In this document: positions 32,234-41,554 of the stretch, one piece after another
Layout of the letters: each line of letters starts with the position of its first letter
How positions within the stretch are numbered: the first letter of the stretch is position 1
Assembly (NCBI GenBank): GCA_963696245.1
Contig: CAVOJM010000002.1
Location: forward strand, 18,776 to 82,775
DNA: 64,000 nucleotides
From: an uncultured Actinomycetota bacterium
GTDB lineage: Bacteria > Actinomycetota > Actinomycetes > Propionibacteriales > Nocardioidaceae
Direction: 5' to 3'
Program-made: the position numbers and the translations under genes
Notes under the pieces: generated by a model
Seen by the model: only the letters and a program-made list of their open reading frames with translations
Databases searched by the model: none
Told to the model about the DNA's origin: nothing

Positions 32234-32757
32234 TCCCTGAGCGGGCCCAGTGGCGAGCCGAGTGCGTCGAGCAGCTCGGCCGTCACGGCTCGGTAGACCA
32301 GCTTGTCGTGGTCGCCGATCGTGAGCACGCCGTGGTCCCCGCAGACGCTGTTGTAGACCCAGAACGCGACCTGGCCGGGCGTGGAGACGAGGTAGAACTC
32401 GCGGTCGTCGCCGTCCTGGTCGTCCGTGCACCGACGGAACTGGCTCTCCTTGATCACGGGCGCCTTCGCGATCGCTTGGCGCACCGTCCGCGACTCGTCT
32501 GCGTTGAGCTGCTGCCCGTCGGCCAGCACGTCTGCGGCACGGTCCTCGGGGTCCCCGGCGGCGACGAAGCGACACACCTGCAACCGCCCACCGTCGTCGC
32601 CGTCGAGCGCGAAGTCGGTGTTGGCGTAGACACCGGCGGACAGCCGTCCACCAGAGTGGGGATCGCGGAGCTCGAGTCCGAGTCCGGAACCTGAGCACCC
32701 GCCGCAGAGCGCGACCAGGGCCACCACGACCCACGACCGTCTCCACACCGACCTCAC
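32230..32757 (-). CDS. putative lipoprotein
   Basis: Basic N-term, hydrophobic stretch, lipobox-like CGGC. Confidence 0.55.
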   Translation of the reverse strand: MRSVWRRSWVVVALVALCGGCSGSGLGLELRDPHSGGRLSAGVYANTDFALDGDDGGRLQVCRFVAAGDPEDRAADVLADGQQLNADESRTVRQAIAKAPVIKESQFRRCTDDQDGDDREFYLVSTPGQVAFWVYNSVCGDHGVLTIGDHDKLVYRAVTAELLDALGSPLGPLRD

Positions 32758-32840
32758 GGTAGGTGGGACGCGGAGACCGGCGAACCCGTTCCCTGGCCCG
32801 CCGTCGGTCGTTCGTCGAACGGCCTCCTAAACTCTCCCGC

Positions 32841-33827
32841 ATGACGAGGGGTGCCGAGGAGACCGAGACCCAGGTCGCCAGCACCCAGCGGCCGCTGCCC
32901 TACCCGCGGACCCGTCGCAAGGTCCGCGTGCTCTCGATGGTCGTGTACGCCGTCGCGCTGCTCACCTGGTCCCACACGCTCGGGATCCCCAACGACACCG
33001 TGCAGGTCTTCCTGTGGCTCTGGGTCGGGACGATCGCCTGGAACATCGAGGCGCGCCCGGCGTACCACCTGAACTTCCTCAAGGACTGGTGGCTGCCGGT
33101 CGTCGGCCTGATCGTCTACTTCTACAGCCGCGGACTGACCGACAACCTCGGCCTGCCGGTGCACTTCACGATGCCGATCGACTTCGACACCTGGGTCGGG
33201 CGGGGTGAGATCCCGACCGAGCGGCTCCAGCACGCGCTGTGCGGCGACCCGTGCCTGAAGACGTCCGACCCGCGGTGGTACGACCTGTTCTTCACCACCG
33301 TCTACGCCACCCATTTCCTCGCCGGGCTCACGATCGCCGCGGTGCTGTGGGTGCGCAGCCGACCGGAGTGGGTCAAGTGGATGCGCCGCTACCTGGTGAT
33401 CAACTTCGGCGCGCTGGTCATCTACATCGTCTACCCGATGGCACCGCCGTGGATGGCGTCCGAGGAGGGCTACCTCCACGCCACGATCCCCCGGATCACC
33501 GCTCGGGGCTGGGCCGACATCGGGCTCGACCGGGTCGACCTGATCCTGCACGGGGTCGGCAACCCGGTGGCCGCCATGCCGTCGTTGCACGCCGGCATCA
33601 CCTTCCTCATCGCGATCTACGGCATCCAGCGGCTCCGCTCGCCGTGGCGCTGGCTGCTCGTGCTCTACCCCCTCGCGATGTGCACGGCGTTGATCTACAA
33701 CGGCGAGCACTACCTGATCGACGTGCTCGCGGGTGGCCTGCTGGCCGTGATGGTGCTGGTCGGCTGCCAACTGTGGGAGAACAACCGGGACCGGGCCGTC
33801 CAGACGGCAGCACCGGCCACGGACTAG
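32841..33827 (+). CDS. PAP2-family membrane phosphoesterase (IPC-synthase/Aur1-like)
   Basis: YPMAPPW, AAMPSLHAG, GEHYLIDVLAG; multiple TM helices. Confidence 0.88.
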   Translation: MTRGAEETETQVASTQRPLPYPRTRRKVRVLSMVVYAVALLTWSHTLGIPNDTVQVFLWLWVGTIAWNIEARPAYHLNFLKDWWLPVVGLIVYFYSRGLTDNLGLPVHFTMPIDFDTWVGRGEIPTERLQHALCGDPCLKTSDPRWYDLFFTTVYATHFLAGLTIAAVLWVRSRPEWVKWMRRYLVINFGALVIYIVYPMAPPWMASEEGYLHATIPRITARGWADIGLDRVDLILHGVGNPVAAMPSLHAGITFLIAIYGIQRLRSPWRWLLVLYPLAMCTALIYNGEHYLIDVLAGGLLAVMVLVGCQLWENNRDRAVQTAAPATD

Positions 33828-33833
33828 GCCCGC

Positions 33834-33884
33834 TTCGTATCTGATATATGAAATCTCGCAAAATCGTTCCTGATTGTGCGAAAT
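33834..33884. promoter_or_regulatory. AT-rich putative operator/promoter region
   Basis: ATCTCGCAAAATC-n6-GATTGTGCGAAAT inverted repeat (33853-33884) next to TATCTGATATATGAAAT in a roughly 70% GC background. Confidence 0.5.
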
Positions 33885-33901
33885 AGTGTCACGGTGTCCT
33901 C

Positions 33902-35410
33902 ATGACCCGCCTGAACCGTGCCGCCGCCGCCCTCGCCCTTGCCGGCCTCGCCCTGCCGACCGCCGTCGCGCTGGGCTCCAGCACCACCGCCAACGCGGCG
34001 AAGCCCGCCACCAAGGACGTCTCCTTCACGCGGATCGACGTGGACACCGCCATCAGCGGCGCGAGCTTCACGTCGGTCGGGAAGGTCTTCGGGCGCGAGC
34101 GGGACATCGTGGCGAGCGGGTACGGCGCCCTGATCTATCCCGCCGGTTGGCCGGCCGGCGCCGGCAGCCTGCAGCTCTACCGCCCGGGCAAGACACTCAG
34201 TGACTGGACCAAGGTCCAGGTCTTCGGCCCCGAGGCCGGCCTGGTGTTCCCCAACGCCACCACGATCGCCGACGTCGACAAGGACGGCGACAACGACATC
34301 ATCGTGCCGTCGGGATACTTCTTCGGCACCGACCCCACGGTCCCCGAGGAGCAGCGCATCAACTCCGGCGCGATCACGTGGTGGGAGAACCGCGGCGCCG
34401 CGAAGCCCTTCGCGCGTCACAACGTGATCACCGGGCGGCCCGGTGCCTACCACGGCGTCCAGCTCGTCGACCTGGATGGCGACAAGATCAAGGACCTGAT
34501 CAGCGTCTCGGAGGAGGCGAAGACCGCCGGCTTGCAGACCGACGACGTGATCAGGACCCAGTTCTTCAAGGGCCGCGCCGACCACACTTTCAAGGCACCG
34601 GTGACGCTGTCCGACGTCGGCGGCAGCCAGCCCGTGGTGGCCGACGTCGACGGCGACGGCGACCTCGACATCGCGTCGTCGCGCTACTTCGACCCGCTGC
34701 GCGGCAACATCAGTGGCGACTACCCGGCCCCGACGTTCCTGTGGCTCGAGAACACCACCAAGGACCGCAAGCTCACCGCGAGGGACTTCAAGGTGCGCAC
34801 GATCGCGACTCTGAAGGACGTCGGCATGGGCTTCGCGATCGAGCCCGTCGTCGGCTTCCGCAAGCCAGGCAAGGTGAGCTGGATCGGCACCAACCACGTC
34901 AACCGGTGCACCTTCGGCGTCCTGTTGCCGGCCTTCACGTGGCCCGAGCAGGTCTTCGAGTTCAAGCCCGGCGCCAACATCCGCCAGCCGTGGAAGCGGA
35001 CCACGCTGTCCGCAGCGCCCGCTGGCACGACGATCGAGCCGTGCCCGTCGAACTACCTGGCGAAGAACCCCGACGGCACCTACGTCAACGCCTTCACGAC
35101 GATTCCCGGCGCGATCACCTCACGGCCCGGTCCCGGGCAGGGTGCTCCAGGCGTCTTCGGTGCCGGCGACATCGACGGCGACGGAGACCTCGACCTCGCG
35201 GTCTCCGGTGACGGCGACCGCCGCCTGTGGTGGATCGAGCAGGAGGCCGACGGCAGCACGACGCTCCACCAGCTGACCGGCGAGGGCGAGTACTTCGGCC
35301 AGGCCGGTGGCGCCAAGGTCGTCGACCTCGACGGCGACGGCACCCAGGAGCTCGTCTTCAGCTCGTTCGACGCCGACACCCTGGCGATCTGGACGCCTGA
35401 GACCAACTGA
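33902..35410 (+). CDS. secreted FG-GAP/VCBS-repeat (beta-propeller) protein
   Basis: Signal peptide ending ANA; five DxDxDG-type loops (DVDKDGDND, DLDGDKIKD, DVDGDGDLD, DIDGDGDLD, DLDGDGTQE). Confidence 0.85.
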   Translation: MTRLNRAAAALALAGLALPTAVALGSSTTANAAKPATKDVSFTRIDVDTAISGASFTSVGKVFGRERDIVASGYGALIYPAGWPAGAGSLQLYRPGKTLSDWTKVQVFGPEAGLVFPNATTIADVDKDGDNDIIVPSGYFFGTDPTVPEEQRINSGAITWWENRGAAKPFARHNVITGRPGAYHGVQLVDLDGDKIKDLISVSEEAKTAGLQTDDVIRTQFFKGRADHTFKAPVTLSDVGGSQPVVADVDGDGDLDIASSRYFDPLRGNISGDYPAPTFLWLENTTKDRKLTARDFKVRTIATLKDVGMGFAIEPVVGFRKPGKVSWIGTNHVNRCTFGVLLPAFTWPEQVFEFKPGANIRQPWKRTTLSAAPAGTTIEPCPSNYLAKNPDGTYVNAFTTIPGAITSRPGPGQGAPGVFGAGDIDGDGDLDLAVSGDGDRRLWWIEQEADGSTTLHQLTGEGEYFGQAGGAKVVDLDGDGTQELVFSSFDADTLAIWTPETN

Positions 35411-35417
35411 CTCTGGG

Positions 35418-35451
35418 GCGCTACGCGACTCGGCGACGAGTCGCGTAGCGC
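35418..35451. terminator. 15-bp perfect hairpin at a convergent gene junction
   Basis: gcgctacgcgactcg-gcga-cgagtcgcgtagcgc. Confidence 0.6.
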
Positions 35452-35840
35452 GCCCCGAGCAGCAGGTGCACGCCGATCCCGAGGAACATCACCACCGTCG
35501 TGTAGGTGTGCAGGGGCTCGTTGTCGAGGTTGGTCTGCGACACCCAGATCACCACGCCGAGCAGGTAGCCGAAGTAGATGTGGAAGACCTTGAGGGTGCG
35601 CCGAGGCCGGACCAGGCCGAACACGTAGAACGACAGCCCGATGTGGATGGTGTTCAGGGCGACGACCGCGACCACCAGGAGCGCGGCGAGCACGCCGTAC
35701 CCCTCACCGCCGGCGTAGTGGACCGCGGTCGCGGCGATCATCGTCGGCAGCAGCACCCAGCCGACCCTGCGGCTGATGACTCCTGCGCGCTGCTTGCGGC
35801 GCAACGCAACGAGGTCCGGGTGGGTGCTGACCACGGCCAT
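35421..35840 (-). CDS. small 4-TM His-rich membrane protein
   Basis: ATG at 35840 after GAAGG; four hydrophobic helices carrying five His. Confidence 0.7.
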   Translation of the reverse strand: MAVVSTHPDLVALRRKQRAGVISRRVGWVLLPTMIAATAVHYAGGEGYGVLAALLVVAVVALNTIHIGLSFYVFGLVRPRRTLKVFHIYFGYLLGVVIWVSQTNLDNEPLHTYTTVVMFLGIGVHLLLGARYATRRRVA

Positions 35841-35850
35841 CGCCCGACCT

Positions 35851-36516
35851 TCAGGTGCCGAGGACGCCGTCGCCGAGCTCATCGACGGCCCGGGTGACCT
35901 GGCGCCAGATCGAGCCGACCGCGGCGACCGCGCTCTCGACGTCACGGTCGTCGGCCGAGGCGAGCACGGCGTTGTGCAGCGAGCCCTGGAGGGAGAGGTA
36001 GGACAACGGCTCGAGCAGCCGGATCAGCCGCTGCAGCCGGGGCAACAGGGCGAGGAACGCGCCCGCGAGCTCGCTGCTGCCGCACCGGTCGAGGAGCTGG
36101 TCTCCGAAGCGGTCGGCCTCGGCGTACGCCGTGAGCAGGTCGCCGCTGCGGTAGGCGAGGTCGAAGTCGAGGGCGACCCGGCGCAGTGCGGCGACGTCAC
36201 CGGGCGCGAACCGCGGAAGCCCCCACCGCAGGACGTACTCGAGCAGCAGGCCGCCGACCCGGAAGACGTCGGCCGCCGCTTCACGGGTGAGCGGCGCGAC
36301 CTGGGCGCCGCGGTTGCGCTGCACCACGACCAGGCCCTCGGACGCGAGCTGGGCGAAGGCCTCACGCAACGGGGAGTTGGACACCCCGAAGCGCTGCATC
36401 ACGACCTCGGTGCGCAGCGGCTCCCCCGGCGCCAGCCGTCCGTCGATGATCTCCGCCCGGAGCGCCGCGACGACCTGCTCGCGCAGCGCGCCGTGCTCGC
36501 GCGTGATCATGCTCAT
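35851..36516 (-). CDS. GntR (FadR/FCD-type) transcriptional regulator
   Basis: LRAEIIDGRLAPGEPL...FGVSNSPLREAFAQLASEGLV...RGAQV. Confidence 0.9.
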   Translation of the reverse strand: MSMITREHGALREQVVAALRAEIIDGRLAPGEPLRTEVVMQRFGVSNSPLREAFAQLASEGLVVVQRNRGAQVAPLTREAAADVFRVGGLLLEYVLRWGLPRFAPGDVAALRRVALDFDLAYRSGDLLTAYAEADRFGDQLLDRCGSSELAGAFLALLPRLQRLIRLLEPLSYLSLQGSLHNAVLASADDRDVESAVAAVGSIWRQVTRAVDELGDGVLGT

Positions 36517-36549
36517 GCGAGGAGCATAGGGACCCTGGGCCGTCGGGGC

Positions 36550-37593
36550 TCAGTGCTCGGTCGACTTGGCCCAGAGGTTGATCCCGGCCTCGACCGCGTG
36601 GTCGTCGATCGCACGGAGCTCGGCGTCGGTCAGCGCGGGGAAGGCCAGCGCGTCGAGGTTGGTGTCGAGCTGCTCGACACTGGACGCTCCGATCAGCGCG
36701 GACGTGACCCGCGGGTCACGGATCGACCACTGGAGCGCGAGCTGGGCGAGCTTCTGGCCACGCGCCTGGGCGATCTCGTTGAGCTGCCGGACGTGGCGCA
36801 GCTTCGACTCCTCGAGGTGGTTCTCGCCGAGGCTGGAGCCGTCGCGCGCAGCGCGGGAGTCGGCGGGGACGCCGTCGAGGTAGCGGTCGGTGAGCAGACC
36901 CTGCGCGAGCGGGGAGAAGACGATGCAACCCATCCCCTGCTGCTCGAGCTCGTCGAGCAGGTCCTCCTCGATCCAGCGGTTGAGCATGGAGTACGACGGC
37001 TGGTGGATCAGCAGCGGCGTCCCGAGCTCGCGGGCGATCGACGCGGCCTCGTTGGTCTTCGCGGCGGAGTAGGACGAGATGCCGACGTACAACGCCTTGC
37101 CCTGACGGACCGCGTGGTCGAGCGCCATCATCGTCTCCTCGACCGGGGTCTCCGGGTCGAAGCGGTGGCTGTAGAAGATGTCGACGTAGTCGAGACCCAT
37201 CCGCGTGAGCGACTGGTCGAGCGACGCGAGGACGTACTTCCGCGAGCCGCCGCCCTGGCCGTAGGGACCGGGCCACATGTCGTAGCCCGCCTTGCTCGAG
37301 ATGATCAGCTCGTCACGGTAGGGCGCGAAGTCGTCCTTGAGGTAGCGACCGAAGTTCTCCTCCGCGCGGCCGTACGGCGGGCCGTAGTTGTTCGCGAGGT
37401 CGAAGTGCGTCACGCCGCGGTCGAAGGCCCGGCGCAGGATCGCGCGCTGGTTGTCCTCTGGCCGGTCGTCGCCGAAGTTCTGCCACAGCCCCAGCGAGAT
37501 CTCCGGCAGCTGCAGGCCGCTGCGACCGGTGAAGCGGTAGCCCATCCCGGTGGCATCGGTGTCGTAGCGGTTCTCGGCGGCCTCGTAGCTCAT
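36550..37593 (-). CDS. aldo/keto reductase (L-glyceraldehyde-3-phosphate reductase, YghZ/Gpr-like)
   Basis: SLGLWQNFG, HFDLANNYGPP, SSKAGYDMWPGPYG, YVDIFYSHR, HQPSYSM. Confidence 0.93.
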   Translation of the reverse strand: MSYEAAENRYDTDATGMGYRFTGRSGLQLPEISLGLWQNFGDDRPEDNQRAILRRAFDRGVTHFDLANNYGPPYGRAEENFGRYLKDDFAPYRDELIISSKAGYDMWPGPYGQGGGSRKYVLASLDQSLTRMGLDYVDIFYSHRFDPETPVEETMMALDHAVRQGKALYVGISSYSAAKTNEAASIARELGTPLLIHQPSYSMLNRWIEEDLLDELEQQGMGCIVFSPLAQGLLTDRYLDGVPADSRAARDGSSLGENHLEESKLRHVRQLNEIAQARGQKLAQLALQWSIRDPRVTSALIGASSVEQLDTNLDALAFPALTDAELRAIDDHAVEAGINLWAKSTEH

Positions 37594-37858
37594 GGGACGA
37601 GCCTGCCACTCTTCACGCCCGTCGACCCACATGGGGGCGGACGTCCTGCGGACGCAGGTCCAGCTCGGCATTCAAGGCGCCCAACAGGGCCGGCAGGTCG
37701 ACCCGCATTTCATGGATCACTGCGTCGTCGAGCACCGCTCGGAGCAGGTGACGGGCTGCGGCACATCGGCCATCTGAGAACCCCCCTTCTCGCACGCTAC
37801 ACCGTGCGAGCACGACCAGGGCATGGCGGTGGCCCCGCCGGCGGCGGGGTGTGGGGCG

Positions 37859-39048
37859 TCAGCCTCTTCGGAGGTGCGTCTGGCCGAGGGGGCTGCGCCA
37901 CAGGAAGGTCGTCGGGCCGAGGCGTTGGTAGGTCCAGCCGCCGTGGGTCTTGTGGCGGTGGTGTCTCCGGCACAGTGGCGCCAGATTCAGGGAGTCCGTC
38001 GGGCCGAGGGGCCAGTCGATGATGTGGTCGAGGTCGCAGGACCTCGACGGTCTGGTGCAGTGCGGGAACACGCAGGTCGGGTGGGTCTCGATGACCTGCT
38101 CGCGCAACCACGGTGTCGGCTTGTAGGCGTCGGTGTGCAGGTGCTCGTTGAGGTCGAGGACCGGCTGGATCGTCACCCGGGTCTCGGAGTCGGTGCACCA
38201 CTCGCCGAGCTGCTCGACGGTGATCCACGACCTCGTGTTCTCGATCCGTAGACGAGCCCGTCGGGACTCGAGACGTCGTGGTGGGCGTAGATCACCAGCT
38301 CCCTGCCACCGGAGTCGCTGCCGAGTCGTCCGAGCGCCATCGACCGGCGTACGTCCAAGGACAGGTCCGGGAACTCCTCGAGGAGATCATGCGCTTTCGC
38401 TGCGAGCGCGGCCTCGAACGCGAGGGCGTCGGCGAGGTCGGTGGTGGCCTCGATGTAGACCTGCCCGTCGATCGTCACGTCGCCCGAGCCGCACCGCGAC
38501 GTGGCGGTGCTCGGCGGCCTCGGCCCGCTTCGCCTCGGCTTCCTCGGGGTCGTAGAGGTCGCGGGCGTGGTCCACGGCCCGGTCGATCTGCGCGTACGAG
38601 CACTTGTGTGCGGTCGGGTGCGACGTGCTGGTCGACGAACGCGGCGCCGTCCGCGGAGAGGACGATCGTGCGGGACGCGATCTGGCGTGCCTTCCAGACC
38701 GGCACCTCGCCGGCGATCACGCGCTTCCAGAGACGGGGGAGCCGGTACCTGGTCTCGACGGCGTCGCCGAGGTACCGCTTCCCGGCACCGGTCGACATCC
38801 CCAACGCCAGCGCGAGCTCGGCGACGCAGAACTCCGCGACCAACGGCGCACCCTCGCCGGCGATCGCGAGCTCGTCCTCGGTGCCGTCGACCATCGCCGC
38901 GTGCAGGATCGACTCGACCGGGTGCATCACCGCCCACTCGACAGCGCCTGGAAGCTCCGGATCTCGGCTCGCGTGGCCTCGGCCTTGTCCTCACGGACAG
39001 CGTCGAGCACCCCGGTCCGGGGAGTCGATGGATGCGGTCGCTGGTCAT
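37859..39048 (-). CDS. HNH endonuclease with DUF222-like N-terminal region (several frameshifts)
   Basis: Fragments GEGAPLVAEFCVAELALALG, YRLPRLW...WKARQIA; C-term CVFPHC...CDLDH...NLAPLCRRHHRHKTHGGW...WRSPLG. Confidence 0.85.
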
Positions 39049-39054
39049 GGTTCA

Positions 39055-39076
39055 ACCCAAGCACTGACCGCCGACA
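39055..39076 (-). promoter_or_regulatory. PafBC/RecA-NDp-like promoter of the HNH gene
   Basis: TGTCGG-N10-TTGGGT-N6-ATG versus the mycobacterial consensus TGTCGG-N10-TA-N3-T (one mismatch). Confidence 0.5.
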
Positions 39077-39162
39077 TTGAGACCCCGAAAACCCTGTGGT
39101 TGACCGGGATGTGGACAAATCTCGAGAAGATTTCTGCGCGACTTCGATCGTCACCGTCACCG

Positions 39163-39215
39163 GTTGGCTGCGGGGGTTTCGAGACAGCGCACCTCGACCT
39201 TCCTCAACGAGCCGG
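39163..39215 (+). repeat. REP-like dispersed repeat, copy A
   Basis: 39163-39187 is the exact reverse complement of 55354-55378 (25 bp); CCTTCCTCAAC is also shared. Confidence 0.85.
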
Positions 39216-39317
39216 AAGGCCGGGAAGCAACCTCGACCCGAAGCACGCCGTACCCCGTAAATGCCTATCGGCGGCCACCACAGCGACCCGCAGCCTGCGC
39301 ACATTGCCCTGCGTCAC

Positions 39318-39367
39318 GCTGCGGGGCTTCGACGATCGGTTGCTCGCGCACCACCAGCAACCACCGG
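39318..39367 (+). repeat. REP-like dispersed repeat, degenerate copy B
   Basis: GCTGCGGGG.TTCGA...CAACCACCGG; same ends and similar length as the other copies. Confidence 0.5.
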
Positions 39368-39371
39368 AGCC

Positions 39372-39965
39372 TCAGGCGCCGACCATCCGTAGCGCGAGCA
39401 TCCGGTAGTGGACGGCGACCTGGTCCGGGGTCCAGCGCCCTTCGTCCCGGAACCACCGGGCGACGTCGATGCCGAGGGACAGGATGGCGAGGGTGGTCAT
39501 GTGGGCGTCGGGGGTGGAGAAGACCCCGGCGGCGACACCGGCCTCGACGACGTCTCGGACGACGACGTCGATGTCGTGACGGATCGCCACGATCTCGGCG
39601 AGGTGCTCCTCGCTGAGCGCCGCGAGCTCGTAGTTGATGACCCGGGCGCCCGTGTGGGCCAGGGCGTGGTCGCGCACGAAGTCCTCGACGAGGTCGCCGA
39701 GCTGGGTGACCGGGTCGGTCGACCGCGCCACCGACGTACGCACCAGCTCGAGCACGCGGAGGTGGCCGACCTGCGCGAGCCCGAAGAGCAGCTCCTCCTT
39801 GGAGCGGTGGTGCACGTAGAGCGCGGCCGGGCTCATGCCGGCCGCGGTGGAGATGTCGCGGGTCGTCGTCCCGTGGAACCCGCGCGCTCCGAAGGCCTCG
39901 ACGGCGGCGTGCGCCAGCCGGGTCCGGGCGTCGAGAGCCGGGGTGGACGAGGTCACGAGAGGCAT
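39372..39965 (-). CDS. TetR family regulator (KstR2-like C-terminal domain)
   Basis: FGARGFHGTTTRDISTAAGMSPAALYVHHRSKEELL HTH; WFRDEG C-terminal motif. Confidence 0.92.
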   Translation of the reverse strand: MPLVTSSTPALDARTRLAHAAVEAFGARGFHGTTTRDISTAAGMSPAALYVHHRSKEELLFGLAQVGHLRVLELVRTSVARSTDPVTQLGDLVEDFVRDHALAHTGARVINYELAALSEEHLAEIVAIRHDIDVVVRDVVEAGVAAGVFSTPDAHMTTLAILSLGIDVARWFRDEGRWTPDQVAVHYRMLALRMVGA

Positions 39966-39967
39966 GG

Positions 39968-39983
39968 TAAGCAAGCGCTTAGT
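39968..39983. promoter_or_regulatory. putative TetR operator
   Basis: TAAGC-aagc-GCTTA palindrome; AGCAAGCGCTTAGT is one mismatch from the KstR2 box AnCAAGnnCTTGnT; lies in the 41-bp divergent gap. Confidence 0.65.
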
Positions 39984-40006
39984 CAATCGGCAAGGAGAGA
40001 TGCAGC

Positions 40007-40757
40007 GTGCAGGGACTCGACGGCAAGGTCGCCATCGTCACCGGAGCCAGTCGCGGGATCGGCCTGGGCATCGCCCAGCGGCTGGTCGACGAAGGGGTGA
40101 AGGTCTGCCTCACCGCCCGCAACCCCGAGGCGCTCGCGGAGGCAGTCGCAGGCCTGGGCGCGGACAACGCCATCGCCGTCGCGGGCAAGGCGGACGACCC
40201 GGAGCACCGCGCCGACGCCGTACGCCGCACCATCGAGACCTTCGGCAGCCTCGACCTGCTGGTCAACAACGCCGGCATCAACCCGATCGCCGGGCCGCTC
40301 GTCGAGGTCGACCTCGGCGCGGCCCGCAAGATCGTCGAGGTCAACGCGCTCGGCGCGCTCGCCTGGGTGCAGGAGGCGCACCGCGCCTGGATGGGCGAGC
40401 ACGGCGGCGTCGGTCGTCAACATCTCGTCGGTCTCCGGGGTGAAGCCCGCCCCCGGCATCGCGATGTACGGCGCGTCCAAGGCGATGATGATCAGCCTCA
40501 CCGAGTCGCTCGCGGTCGAGCTCGGCCCGGGCATCCGGGTCAACGCGGTCGCCCCGGCGGTGGTGAAGACGAAGTTCGCGAGCCTGCTCTACGAGGGCCG
40601 CGAGGACGAGGTGTCCGCGGCCTACCCGCTCAAGCGGCTCGGCATCCCCGAGGACGTCGCCGGGTCGGTGGCCTTCCTGCTCTCCGACGACGCGGCCTGG
40701 CTCACCGGCCAGACGATCGTCCTCGACGGCGGCGTCACCCTGGCAGGCGGTCACTGA
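40007..40757 (+). CDS. SDR oxidoreductase (frameshift near 40410)
   Basis: TGASRGIG, NNAG; shifted frame YGASK, IRVNAVAP, TGQTIVLDGG. Confidence 0.88.
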
Positions 40758-41554
40758 TGGGACAGCTGGACGGCAAGGGCGTCGTCGTCACCGGCGCCGG
40801 CCGCGGCATCGGTCGCGCGCTCGCGACCCGGGCCGCTGCCGAGGGCGGCCGCGTGGTCGTCAACGATCTCGACGCCGACAACGCCCGGGCGGTCGCGGCC
40901 GAGATCGGCGGTACGGCGGTCCCGGGCGACGCGTCCTCCCCCGATGGCGTGCGCGCTCTCATCGACGCAGCCACCGAGACACTCGGTCGGGTCGACGTCT
41001 ACTTCGCCAACGCCGGCATCGACGGGGCCGGCGGCGCACACAGCCTCCAGGCCCCCGACGAGGTCTGGGAGCGGGTCATGGACGTCAACGTGATGGCCCA
41101 CATCCGAGCAGCGCGCGAGCTCGTGCCGCGTTGGCTCGAGGACGGCCAGGGCGGCCGCTTCGTCGTCACCGCGTCAGCGGCCGGCCTGCTCACGATGATC
41201 GGCAGCGCCCCCTACTCCGTCACCAAGCACGCCGCCGTCGGCTTCGCCGAGTGGCTCTCGGTGACGTACGGCGCCCGCGGGGTCGACGTACACGCGATCT
41301 GCCCGCAAGGCGTCCGCACCCAGATGCTCGAGGAGGCGGGCGGGCTCCAGTCGCTGCTGTCGCGCGACAGTGCGCTCGAGCCCGAGCAGGTCGCGGACGC
41401 GGCGATGAGCGCGATCGCGGAGGGCCGGTTCCTGGTCCTCCCTCACCCCGAGGTCGCGGGCTACTACGTCGCCCGCGCCACCGACACCGACCGTTGGCTC
41501 GGCGGCATGCGCCGGCTCCAGCAGAAGGTCGACGACTCAGGAGCACTGGGATGA
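40757..41554 (+). CDS. SDR oxidoreductase
   Basis: ATG overlaps the upstream TGA; TGAGRGIG, ANAG, YSVTK. Confidence 0.9.
   Translation: MGQLDGKGVVVTGAGRGIGRALATRAAAEGGRVVVNDLDADNARAVAAEIGGTAVPGDASSPDGVRALIDAATETLGRVDVYFANAGIDGAGGAHSLQAPDEVWERVMDVNVMAHIRAARELVPRWLEDGQGGRFVVTASAAGLLTMIGSAPYSVTKHAAVGFAEWLSVTYGARGVDVHAICPQGVRTQMLEEAGGLQSLLSRDSALEPEQVADAAMSAIAEGRFLVLPHPEVAGYYVARATDTDRWLGGMRRLQQKVDDSGALG

Noticed and set aside
40007-41554. Apparent 515-aa double-SDR fusion
   Set aside because: Frameshift near 40410; the first SDR's YxxxK and C-terminus are in another frame ending at 40757, where the second gene starts.
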